In this document: one piece after another, positions 25,764-37,700 of the stretch
How the letters are laid out: each line of letters begins with the position of its first letter
Numbering within the stretch: position 1 is the first letter of the stretch
Assembly (NCBI GenBank): GCA_001642005.1
Contig: LWCA01000252.1
Coordinates: 1-37,765, forward strand
Length of the DNA stretch: 37,765 nt
Source of the DNA: Intoshia linei
Lineage: Eukaryota > Animalia > Orthonectida
Direction of reading: 5' to 3'
The notes under the pieces: generated by a model
The model's database searches: none
Told to the model about the DNA's origin: nothing
What the model saw: only the letters and a program-made list of their open reading frames with translations
Position numbers and translations under genes: made by a program

Positions 25764-27126
25764 CTAGCTTGGCAGTTTTGTACTACGTACAAACAGCACC
25801 TAGCTTTGACGAGGGCACTCTTTTATTATACCAAAAAAATAAATTCATGTTGAAAATCTAACTTAAAAATCCTACTATTCACTATTATCAATCGTTTAAA
25901 GAGTGGTTCCCAAATTTGTTTCAGGTGGAACCGTCATATCACATTACTTTTTACTTTAAAGTAAATTATTTCATATTAATTTTGTTTTAACATTTGCGTA
26001 AATAATTTTAAAAACAATTATTATTCCATTTTTTTAATTTATTAGACTGAATGTGTGTATAATATTAAAAATACAGTAAAAACAGTCCAATCTTAAAAAT
26101 TGTCATAAATAGCATAAATTCCAGAAAAAATAAAATTATAAAAACCTATTTTGTCATTTTCAATGTGATAATATATATTTAGTGTCAATTTGATAAATAC
26201 TTAAAAATACCAATTATGTATCAATACTTAACTGAATCTTCACTTTATAAACATTTCAGTCGAATTTTACCAATATTGCAAAGGATTGTAATAAATATAA
26301 AAATGATACTAACAAATTTTTTTAATTTCGTTGTTTAGTTTCTATTTAAATTTGTATTTCAAATATTTTGAGAGTTTGAAATTTAAAAATAGCGTAGCAA
26401 TGAAACAAATTTCGAAGGAATGAATTATATAAATTTTCACCTATATTTCTTTATTGAATATATGTAGATGTTCAATTCACATTTTTTTTGAAATTGTAGG
26501 ATCAATATTTAAGATTTCAATTTTTATTTTAATCGAAATATTTAAAAAATATTGGTTAATATTATATTAAAAATTATTTTTTATCGGGAATGTGTAGATT
26601 TCTCGGGTTGAACTTTTGTATTTATATCAACTGGAATAGGCTCTATCAGAATAATCTTTTTTTATTTTCGGACCGTTAACTAAAGCACATTTTTTGTTTT
26701 AATAAATATTTTGTAAAAAAATATATGAATACTTCAAAATATATGAAATCGTCACTTATTCGGATTGAAATTTTTTGAAATTCTAGGGCTGTTTTCATTA
26801 AAAAAAGAAGGGTAATTTGTGGTTTTGGCCCTAAAGATATAATTTTTTTAAATTTAAATTTATGATAATGTTTATGATTTTAAAATTTGCATCAGCGTAT
26901 ATATTTTTTTAAATTCTCTAACTCGTTTGATTTTCAAAAACAGGGACAACTGGGGTTTTTGACCCGTAAGATGTAAAATTGGGAAGTTGAAATTATGTTT
27001 GCGCACACCCCGGAAAAAACTGTAATTGAAATGTGCACTTTATAAAATTCTAAGACTGTTAGTTATTTAAATACAGCGTAACACACACACAAACAAAAAT
27101 CGTGTAGCATATTGTATAAGTTCGGA
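25764..27126 (-). mobile_element. Full-length non-autonomous Helitron (same family as 20116-21659)
   Basis: 5' A|TCCGAACTTATACAATATGC and 3' hairpin plus CAAGCTAG|T. Colinear with the 20116-21659 copy but without its internal duplication. Confidence 0.82.
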
Positions 27127-27825
27127 TAAAATATATTAAATATGTTTCTACATTTCCTCAATGCCAATTTACTAAAACTAATAAATTTACTAAAAACTAT
27201 CCACGAAAAGACAGTCATTACATTTTAATATACGGTATATATTTTATGTTATCATAAAATATAGACTACAAAATTTTAATAATATCTAGGAAACATTAAG
27301 ACCAAATTAAAATCAATGTCTTACCATTATATCAAAAATATTGACTTTGTGTCATGTTTAATATAATGTAAATTTTCTTTTTATTTTTAATGAGAAATTA
27401 AACTAGACTAATTTATCAAACCAATTTATTATCTAATAACTAATCAAAAGATTGCTATATAAAATCATAAATTTATAATTTTATGAAATGTGATTTATAG
27501 CACAATAGATTTGAAAAATTGATCAAATGATCAATATATATATAAAAATATACTGCATTCATTTGGATTTTTATTTATTACTGTATCAACTTCATAAATT
27601 TCACTCCAGTTCACCGAATTGAAATGAAATGTAATTATGATACTGAATTTTGGAAATTTAATAATAATAATAATTGGAAAGACGCATTAGATATATTATC
27701 AAATCATTATATTTAGCTAATGTGATTACGTAATAGAAAATGTCTTTCAGTGGATATTCCAATTCAAATTATTGTCATTTTTCTTATCTAATATCTATTC
27801 ATTATTATTTACATTAATTTTAAAA

Positions 27826-30374
27826 ATGAAAACTTTAAACTTTTCAGGCCTTGCTGAAACTGATATAAAGATGGTTTTGAGCAGTTGGGAACGTCTCAAT
27901 AATGACGAAGCATCATCTATATTTTATAGAGAGTTGTTTAATATTTATCCGGATACTAAAAGTCTTTTTGTAAAGTTTTATAGCGTTGATAATGATAAAC
28001 TATTGGATAACCCGGCAGCACTGAGACAGCTTAGACTCACATGGAAGTCTATTACGACCCTAGTTGATCATTTGAAAAACGGTAGGATGGATGCGGCTAA
28101 TAAAGATATTGTGGCTTTAGTTGCTTTGCACAAAAAAATTAAGACTTTTCAAGGACCAATGTTTAATGTATATTTTTTAATTTTTACTATTCAAATACCG
28201 TATTATCTCTGCAATTCGTCGGTTCCTAGTTCGCCAGTCCTCTACATCTCCATCGGCCTAGGTATAAAACATTTTCTAATACCAATTAACCGTTTATATA
28301 TGTATATCGTAGTTTTTCAGTTACATTTCGGTTAACTTAATTATTATCACTATGCTAAAATTATTTCACGTCCCAATATTGCCGAACTGCAGAGAATACA
28401 GTGAAGAGAATACACTGTACAGCAGGGGCCCAAACTTTTTTTTATGCCATCAACTTTAAAATTTTTCAATGAGTAGCGATCGATCAATACATTGATTAGA
28501 AAAATGTTTCTGATCAGAACCTATGTTAAAAATTGAAAAATGTGATCGTTGAAAACATAAAAATTAAAATTCGGAATAATTCGAAGCATTTTCGCTGAAT
28601 ATTTGAAAATTATCGACAAAACTTAGTATAAGAAATAATGGACTTATCTGAATGTCATACTTTAATGTAGCAAGTAAATCATTTAATAATATTGCTATAT
28701 AAGGATTTATATAAGTAAAGTTCCGATACTCACTCCACATGTAATATGATACTTTTTAACAATATATAAATACAATTAAATTTTATAAATATTAAAATAA
28801 ATCATTTTAAAATAGACATCATTTTAATGACGAGTATTATTAAAATAAAAAATTAATTTTAATTTTTTAATTTTGTCGATCGTCTAAAAAATTATCTTCA
28901 ATCGATCAGTCGGTCGCGATCGACAAGTTGAGCATCCCTGCTGCACAATAATATTGTAATATATAATTGTACAATGTAATATATAGGAAATTCCAGTGAA
29001 CAAAGGCATAAATATATATTTAGAATAAATATGTTCTTCAAAATTGACATTTTTTCTTAACATTGGTCACATTATGGAGCTATTAATTTCATAATTATGT
29101 TTATTTTAGTGCGTTGACTATATGTATAATTTTCTCGAATATCTGTAGAAATTTTAACTTTTTAAAAAATATTTAAAAAAAATTTTTCAAATAATGGGTA
29201 TAATGTAGTTTTTTATAACCTTTCTATATTTCAAACAATGTGTAGTTAGACTCTTTATTAATCAGTTATGAAATTTAAAGTTAAATAGAAATAATGATAC
29301 ATGAATTCAATGTTAATTATGTAAATTATCCAAAGACGATTTTTTGTTAAGATATTATAATTAACTTTAGTCTAATTGAGACTTGGCAATGTTAAGCTAG
29401 CATTTTTATATTATGTTTTATATGGATTTTTTTACCCTATTTTCAATGATTTTTTGTGGAATTTTTTATACCAAATTTTAGAGAGGGTTCTTAGGGAAAT
29501 TTTTTTATAAAAATTTGAAGGTTTTTTAAACGAATTTTAAAGATGGTTCCATTTTTTTAATTTGAATTTTTTTTGCTCCATCTTATTTACCAAAGTAAAA
29601 TGTGTAGACTTTTAAAAACATCAATTTTTATAATTTTTTTTCGAGAATTAGATTTTATCGCAAATTAGATTTCAGAAATTGAGTCTTTCCGGTATAAAAA
29701 ATAAAACGAGATCAACATTTTTTTATTATGATTCAATTTCAATTTCAAAAACTTATATATACATGGTCAAAACCACAAATTACCTATCTTAACTTATATA
29801 ATCGTATTTGTTTATGCAATTGTCATATGTGCAATGCACATTGTGCATGATTGTTATTTTATAAAACTAAAAAAACCAAGTATAAGCATTTAAAAAAATA
29901 TTACATTTAATACCGCTTTTCCAGTAAAAATATATGAATAGTTTCAATGTTAAGTTAAGATTTCGTGTTCAAAAAAGAAATTTACTGTTTACCATTTTTT
30001 TTGGGAAATTATTTCATTAAAACAAAACATTTGATATAATGAATGTTCTAGAATTTTATAATAAAAAATGGCCTTGGCACGTTTGGGAATCATTCATTTT
30101 AAAAGATTGGTAATAGTGAATAGTGGCATTGTTTATAAGATTTTATTTTTTTGGTATAATTAGAAAAGTCCTCCCTTAGCAAAGCTAGGTGCTATTTGTA
30201 CAAAATACAAAACATCCAAGCTACTATGTTATATTTATTTATTATATTAAAAATCAGATGGCACTGGAACCAATTTTACATTTGGTTAAAGAAAAGTTGA
30301 TAACACAGGCTTACATCAACGCTTACAAGAATGTGTTTGGTGCGATTTTTACAACAATTATATCAAATTATTGA
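27826..30374 (+). CDS. Globin 3 (152 aa), exons 27826-28167 and 30258-30374
   Basis: About 77% identical to globin 2 by hand count (35/152 differences). TyrB10, PheCD1, GlnE7, ThrE11 and HisF8 (ALHKK) present. Same G7.0 splice sites. Confidence 0.92.
28198..28401. mobile_element. Tc1/pogo-type MITE (degenerate)
   Basis: Inverted ends TA|CCGTATTATCTCTGCAATTCG and CGAACTGCAGAGAATACAG. Confidence 0.55.
28423..28940. mobile_element. hAT-type MITE
   Basis: Imperfect TIRs CAGGGGCCCAAACTT / AAGTTGAGCATCCCTG, subterminal CGATCGA motifs, near-TSD CTGTACAG/CTGCACAA. Confidence 0.65.
29690..30224 (+). mobile_element. Degenerate Helitron 3' portion ending just before globin 3 exon 2
   Basis: AAAGCTAGGTGCTATTTGTAC..TACAAAACATCCAAGCTAC matches the family's 3' hairpin and CTAG end. 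GGTCAAAACCACAAATTACC block at ~29765. Confidence 0.6.
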
Positions 30375-30565
30375 CTCGATTTCACTTATTATTAAAAGAA
30401 CATTTAATCTAATTTAGATATAATATTATTCATAACATACTAACTTATAAATTAATAAATATTACACTAATTTTTACTATCATTTAAAATTATTTTTTGT
30501 TTTAAATTCATTACAGACTGATTCATTTAATTATTAATTATTTATTTTTAAATAAAATTCTTATA

Positions 30566-32987
30566 ATGAATGATGATAATTTTCAAAAGTTTGCAACACA
30601 TCTACATTGTAGAAATAATCTGTCATATACCTGTTAGAATACATTGTATTTATTATTCACTAAAATTATTAGATCTTAAAATTTAAGTCTTAAATTTTAA
30701 ATAGTAAAATAAACTATGATTTAATACACCTGTATCAATAATAATAAATTATAATATTATGAAATTTATTAGTATTTGTTATTTAAATGTTATTTTTATC
30801 TGTGCATTGATAAATGTTATTTATTCAGAGAATGTAAGCAGCAATAACGGTACATTTTTATATTAAAGAAATTTAATGGTTAAACTTAATAGTGATTTAA
30901 TGCTATATTTAGATGCAACTAAGAAAACGCTTGCAAAATTTATGATAGAAAAGGTAAAAAAAAATGTTAATTCTACTAATTATAATACACGGTGTATTAT
31001 AAATTCTTACATTTTTCTTTTATCTAGTTCACTGTTTCCAAACCTTTAAAGTGTCATGCCCCACTTTTATCTTTACGAAATTTTTACGCCCCACCATAAT
31101 TTATAACAAATATTTTCATGTGGTGTTCTAACAGATTTTTTTTATGTTTATATATTATTGCGCAATAAAGTGGGGTAAAATTAAAATGTACATGTAATAT
31201 ACCTAAATTTAACATACAATAAACCGAATTCATTGTTCAAAAAGTATCATTGCTGTAACTTTACCACTGTGTTTCAAATGTAGTTATAAGTTATAACTTT
31301 AAAGTTAAATGTGATAAATTCCTGATATAAATGTGATGTGGTCAATGATCATCATTGTAATCAAAAACGCATGTAAAAATACCTATAAAAATATATGTAA
31401 ATTTTAATAAAAATTGAGCTAATCAATGAATTTGTAACAATAGAAATTATTGACAACTAATCAATTATTTTGTTTTCTAAAATTTTTAAAGCCAACCAAA
31501 TATTCACAAGCCCACTTAAATTTTCTAAGCACTAGCGGTGGGGCGTACGCCCCACGTTAGGAATCACTGATCTAGTTTGTCCATGATAAGATCATGTCTT
31601 GGTCAAACTAGGAAACGTACACTGCAGATGTATGTTTCGCTTTTAGATTATGGTACTTTGGATTATTCTGCCGATTAAAACTTGTTTTATTTTAAATATT
31701 GAAACTGGACATTAAATTTCGCTATATTCTTACGTTTGAGGGACATTTATGTGAAAACAGTTACATAATTAGTCGTTTTATCCAATAGATACTTTTTAAT
31801 ATTTTCATATATTTAAAGGAAATTATTTTCAACATGTAAAAAATGTAAATTCAAGTAGTAATCTCGTATCACAATATATCCGCAAACTCAGCAGCAATAG
31901 CTACTTTTTGAACACCATTTAATATCCAGTCTCCACATATAGTATTTGTTTATTAAAATAAATACACTACGTTAGAATAATTCAGAATAAACGGTCACAT
32001 TTTCGCATCAAATCCATGGTCAAATTTTATACATATTAATTATAATATTAAAAATAGTATGAATCTAGGCAATATTGCACTTATTGTCGAAATTTCAAAT
32101 ATTTTCTTAAACATGAAGCTGTCGATTGGATGGTAATTTTTAATGTTTCATACAATTCAAATTTGTAAATACATAATAAATACATTTAGTCCATTATATC
32201 AAATCTCGCACCAATGTGTAATTCGAATAACACATTTTTTAGATACTTTGTAATTATTACGATAATGTTTTCAAAATGATGAGCTTTTTTATTTATAATT
32301 TAAATTAACCCTTTCACTGTCTGTCTATTCTATACTATACACAGCAATTTCACTTCACACGTCTGTGTATTCTATGATATACACAGCATAATTTGAAAAA
32401 CTTTATTCTTTTATTTTCATACATTTTCACATCAGTAATTTAAAAATAATATAAGTTTAACTTAAAACATAAATTCCAGACGTGTGGTGATAATACATAA
32501 AATTGCATCAGACAGTGAAAGGGTTAATCAAAGTACATGTATTCGATTTTTTATGGAAATTTATTTAATCTAAAACTATTTTGATTTTATATTATAACTC
32601 TTAATGATATTATAATGTCATAATTAATTAAACTAATTAATAGTGTCAAAATTATTTTGGACATGTTATTGGAGAAATTGGATTTGGAACATTACATGGA
32701 GTAAGCTTAAATACATGTATAATCATAATGAAAATGGTTTTTTGTCTGTGATTTCTAATGTTATGGGTTTTTAAATTAGCATTTCCAATAATAATCCTCA
32801 TATTAGTTATAATTATATTCATTTTTAGTGGTACAGTGAATATTGTGAACACATGTATTACTGTGACAGCTTGGAAAGAAAGGTATACATTTCAATTTTA
32901 TAATTAAAATATGCATTATACTTGTAAACCCATATTTAGTTGATTAACCTCATCTACGAACGCAAACACAAGAAAATTCAATGATTA
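30566..32987 (+). CDS. Probable multi-exon gene of unknown function with a C-terminal transmembrane segment (structure unresolved)
   Basis: Short AG..GT-bounded blocks can be joined in frame: INGHIFASNP|WQYCTYCRNFKYFLKHEAVDWM|SIISNLAPMCNSNNTFFRYF, CQNYFGHVIGEIGFGTLHG, FPIIILILVIIIFIFSGTVNIVNTCITVTAWKE. Candidate ATG at 30566, but the 5' exons could not be joined. Confidence 0.4.
31030..31569. mobile_element. hAT-type MITE
   Basis: Ends CACTGTTTCCAAAC / GTTAGGAATCACTG with perfect 8-bp TSD ATCTAGTT. Confidence 0.82.
32309..32523. mobile_element. piggyBac-type MITE
   Basis: Perfect 15-bp TIR CCCTTTCACTGTCTG flanked by TTAA on both sides. Confidence 0.88.
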
Positions 32988-33033
32988 AAAAATTACCTAT
33001 AAATGAATGAATATTTAATAAATTATACAATGT

Positions 33034-36000
33034 TTACATAATTAATTTGCACGCTTTTCCAATAGTTGTAAATTTTTCTTTTTCATCGTGAACACCGTAA
33101 TGATTTAATTTTATCAAATTTAACCAATTCATCATGCTAAAAAAATTGATCAAATTAACAGTATATTCATTTTTACCCCAGTTTTGATGGAGTGATTTTA
33201 ATTTTTTAAAATTAAACGGGTATTTAATGTATCACCACTGGTTATTTTTAAATTATTTTACAAAAAATATCAACATAATATATTTACATAAAAATTACGG
33301 TCTTTCTGTTGTCTCGACTTTTAAAATATGTTTTAAAAGCACGTCATTTCGAAAATTGTCAATTTGTTGCTAAAATGAATTAAACTATGCGTGTATCATT
33401 AGTCCTAAAACTTGAACGGTCTACAAAAAAAAATTTAAATAAGGGCGGACATGGGATGGACCAGTTAACCGACAAAATTTAATTTTTTCGTAATAAATAT
33501 TAAATGAACCTAATAAAGCACAACTGATTAACAATGTACTTCACATTTTGTATGTTAATCTGCAGGTTAATCATTATTAATTCGAGAGAAACTTGCTGAT
33601 TAATGTCATAAGTGAGACCAAATAACAAAATATGTATAATTGACACTTTTGACACACACGGTCTGATGACCCGTGTAAGACTCCACAATATCCATAAAAT
33701 AAAATACAGTTTTTATCAGTCTAAAACTTGCCCAATAAAATATTTTTAAAATCAATTTAGTTTTCATTTTAGACAAAAATCTTGTATACGAGATATAATA
33801 TATATAATTATTATAATAATGTAAATCATACACGATAAACATCCCAATTAATTTCCTTGTGTATTGAATCACTTAATTTTTTCATTTTAACATTATATGC
33901 ATCATAGTTAACAGATTCAAGACGTAGGCCTAGTCCCGGAGCTTTCGGTATATCCATCTAGCGTAAAAAAAATATAAATATTTAAGTACAAGTGTATAAG
34001 TAAAAAATAGAATCGTGAAAGTGACATTACTACAACCTACAATTATGTAAACATCATGAAATATGCTCAATAATATAATTCTGGAATATATTAACGTAGA
34101 CTTTAAATATTTTATCCATTATAACTAGTGATGGGACGATTAATCGGAATCCAAAATTGTGAATTTTTAAAGAATCGAAAGATTTAGAGATTTAGGAGCA
34201 ATCGTCCCACAACAATTATAACAAACCAATGATACTGGACATGAAAAGCTAATTCCTACTGAAGACGCTTTCAAAAAGGCAATTATGAAAAAGTATCGTC
34301 AATCCAATCAACAAGGCTAGATTCAAAACTTTATTTAAAGTATAAAAAAGGTTAAAAAATACATATGAATAGTAAACGTTGGTTCACTCTGGTGTAAATG
34401 TGATTTTAGGTTCATTAATTTATGATTTTTATTATCCTGAGTATATTTATACAAAGATGAATCTTTAAAAAATATAACAATAAAAAACCTTCTTTTTATC
34501 AAATACAGTATCAAATGAATTTTCCGTTAAATGTCCTCTTATTATAGCAATAACAAATCCTAAAATATATTTTAACTTTTTTATTAAAATGTAAATTGAA
34601 AAGTAATAAATAACTTGATGATAATAACTTAGACCAGTGCTAATAAACGTTTTTCAGCTCATCCCTTACTTCATAATTTTTTTCATCTGAAAAATGAAAA
34701 TATAAGCCAAAAATTCAGTTGAGCTAGATAATCATCCATTTTGTTAAAATATTTTTCATAAAATATAAAATAATAAATATCATATGCGTTTTAAAAAATA
34801 GAGAAAATTTCAATTAAACGTATTAATTTTTGTATATTTGTGATCAGTACACAAAAATAAACCTATTTGCAAATAAACTTTTTATTTTTTAAAAAAGTGC
34901 ACACCATAATAAATATATAAAATAAAAAAATATGGGAAAAAGAAGATTATTCCATTAAGGGTTCAATTGGCATCAAATTGTATTTTTTATTTTATGTTTC
35001 GAATATAATAATTAAATTAAATTTAATTGAATGTAATAAAAATTAAAACTTCTATAAAAATAAACAAAAGTTGATAAAATATTTATTTAAGTTTATATTT
35101 TAATTAAATCTCACTGACCCAAGGCATATAGTTTTAGATCCCAATCGAGAACCACTGCTCTAGAGAATGGAAGTCAAATATAATTTTTCATTAGCTTAAT
35201 TCCGTTTAATAAGACCCATAACCTCGCCGTGACCAGGATAAAATCATGGAGAAGGTTTTAATAGTTACTTTCTAATAATTAGTGTAAGTATTGTATTTAT
35301 AATAGTTCTACAATGACATTAATTAATGATATTGCAATAGAAAACAAAACTTTTTTTCAAATTTTTTCAAATATTGTTGTAAATAAAAATTATAATTTTA
35401 AAACTATTCAGAAATTGATGAAATCCAAACCAATCATTTTTCGAATTTGATGCAACATAAAGCTTTGCCCTTTGATAGTAATGGTTCCAAACTCAATACC
35501 CTCGGAAATGTCGAGTTTAAACTATACATAATATGTAATATATAAACTTAAAAAACCTGAATATTCATAATAAAACGTTTTGCATTTTCCTCGTCAAATT
35601 CCCTATATACATTAATTATCAATTAAAAATCTGTCAAAAAATTTTCACTACAGTATTAAGCTAAGCAGTAATAAATAGCATTCTACATTTTAAATATTTG
35701 AGCTCTTTTTTTCTAGGTCACAAAATCTAGAATCTTGTAGAAACTGGAATAGATTTACCGAAAAAGTGCCATATTATGATACTAACCAATTCCGAGCTAT
35801 CGTACCAAAACCGCTTATCGGGGCTCCACTACATTTTCGTAAAATGGGGCCACATTTTTTCAAATTAAGCATTAACAAATTATATTAAAAAATCTTGAAT
35901 TATTTTGTGGCGAGGTGGCTAGGGACTATATTACACTACGGAGCAGTTGATAAAAATAAATTTAGGGATTTATTTTTCATTTTCGGTGGCCTCGAGTTTG

Positions 36001-36733
36001 GTAAGTTCGGCTCTGATATTATCTACTATTTAATAAAATTGTTATTCTGACGTCAAATGATTTTTGCACTATTTTAAGCTATCATGTAATATACGAAATA
36101 ATACTTTCCACTCGTGAAATTGTGAAAATTTTTGGTGCCTTTATAACGAGACAAAAGCTTATTAACAAGATCAATTTTTTCTTTAGAAATTCGATAACAA
36201 TCGGTTATTATCTATTTAAATAAATAAAATAAATCCAAAATAAACAAAATTATTACCTCTGTAAAATTTGAAAATGCAAATGTGGGTAGGGTGTACGCGT
36301 ACGTTCGAGAACTACAACAATTTTTACTACTGAAAGCACGATTCGTTTTAATAATGTCTAAATTGATCCACATCAAAAACCAAACAATATTTAAAGAAAT
36401 CTGTATATTAAATAATAATTACAAATTATTACTTACTAAATAATTAATTAAGTAATTACTAATTGCATTACCTATAATTTTAATGTCTTTTGGGAGATTA
36501 GAATTTAAAGTTTGAATACTATCTTTAACATCAATATATACTTTAGCTGAAACAACATTTCCTAATGCAGATACGCTTTTATCGGTTCGTGCAGCTCGTT
36601 GAAAAGACATCTAAAAATATTTAATTTTTTTTTATTTCTTACTTGATTTTTTTCGTAATGATCTCGAGTAATTATATTAGAATCTAAAAAAGATTTGAAT
36701 AAGCATTTTTCAATTGTATTTGTTTCTCCATTT
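33034..36733 (-). CDS. PUS1: tRNA pseudouridine synthase A / PUS1, 3' ten exons (5' exons not found in window)
   Basis: Phase-consistent exons 36733-36643, 36610-36472, 36357-36257, 36211-36105, 35602-35557, 35521-35431, 34559-34489, 33957-33832, 33369-33299, 33136-33034. Motifs: [14 protein letters not shown] (catalytic Asp), [52 protein letters not shown]. Confidence 0.93.
34790..34908 (-). mobile_element. Old solo 5'-end remnant of the hATm-like family in a PUS1 intron
   Basis: GTGATCAGTACACAAAAATAAACCTAT..AAAAAAGTGCACACCATA resembles 1310-1433. Confidence 0.65.
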
Positions 36734-36759
36734 CTAATTAAATATTTATATTTTAAATA

Positions 36760-37385
36760 CGTGTAGCCTCGTATATAATAAACCCTCAAATCATGCGGGT
36801 AAACCGTAGTCAAGGCTTAAATGCGTCTGTCTCGGGGTTTTTTAACGACTCCAGTCTGAAAGTGGAAAAATCTGATACAGAATGTTTAAAATTAATCAAG
36901 TTTGTTAAAGAAGCAGCCATTCCAGATCCAATAAGCATAGAAGATTTTTTAAAAATAGATTATGATGAAAATGAGGCTATACTTTCGGAAATAGAAGAAA
37001 GCCCAAAGGACACAGTTGATCAACTTAAGACAATAAAAGAAGATGTAAATAAAAAAGAAGAAAGTATTCCAGAAAAAGTTAGTGAAGAAGAATTTTTAAA
37101 TGGCTATTCAAACGATAAAACTTTATTTAAATCAATCAAATGATATAACTGATCCTTATTATGAATTGAATAAAAACAGAAAAATTTATTTATAAAAAGA
37201 GAAATTTAGAAAAGAAAAAAAAGGGATAGATACATTTTTTATAAAAAAACAATAAAAATTAAAAATTAAAAAAAAAATGAATAAAAATTATATCTTTATA
37301 TTCTTAAAATTTTGATCATTAGGATTCTCAAATTCGCTTCTGATTTTCGATTTCCCGGCATCGGCGAATTTAAGAATATTCACTG
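36760..37385 (+). mobile_element. pogo/Tigger-like transposon remnant in a PUS1 intron
   Basis: ORF 36793-37143 resembles the acidic C-terminal tail of pogo transposases (SIEDFLKIDYDENE..VSEEEFL). Right end ..ATATTCACTG|TA. The left end matches poorly. Confidence 0.45.
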
Positions 37386-37559
37386 TATTTTTTATAAGAA
37401 ATTCAAAAACATACCCAGTAAATTAGATGTAATTTTTCAAAAAAATGACAATCCGATGACTAATTCTGAAAAATACTCATTAATGACTCAGCGTTGATCA
37501 ATTAAGACATTAACAAAAAATAACTAAATTTAAGTTTATTTTCATGTTTTTCTTAATTT

Positions 37560-37700
37560 TTTTTACAAAAAGTGAAATTCCTGCTTTGTTTGTGGAGAAA
37601 AATTAAAAATATTTGTATATTTTAATAAAACGCGTTCAGCTGCATCATTTGCAATTTACTTTATTTTATAATAACGAAAATAATTTTTTTATAATTATAA
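37560..37700 (-). mobile_element. hATm-like transposase C-terminal remnant
   Basis: Minus strand reads ..ANDAAERVL.., matching the VNDxAERGV motif containing the catalytic Glu. Degenerate. Confidence 0.4.

Noticed and set aside
34635-35157. Possible hAT MITE CAGTG...CACTG in a PUS1 intron
   Set aside because: TIRs weak and flanks (ACTTAGAC vs CTCTAGAG) do not form a convincing TSD.
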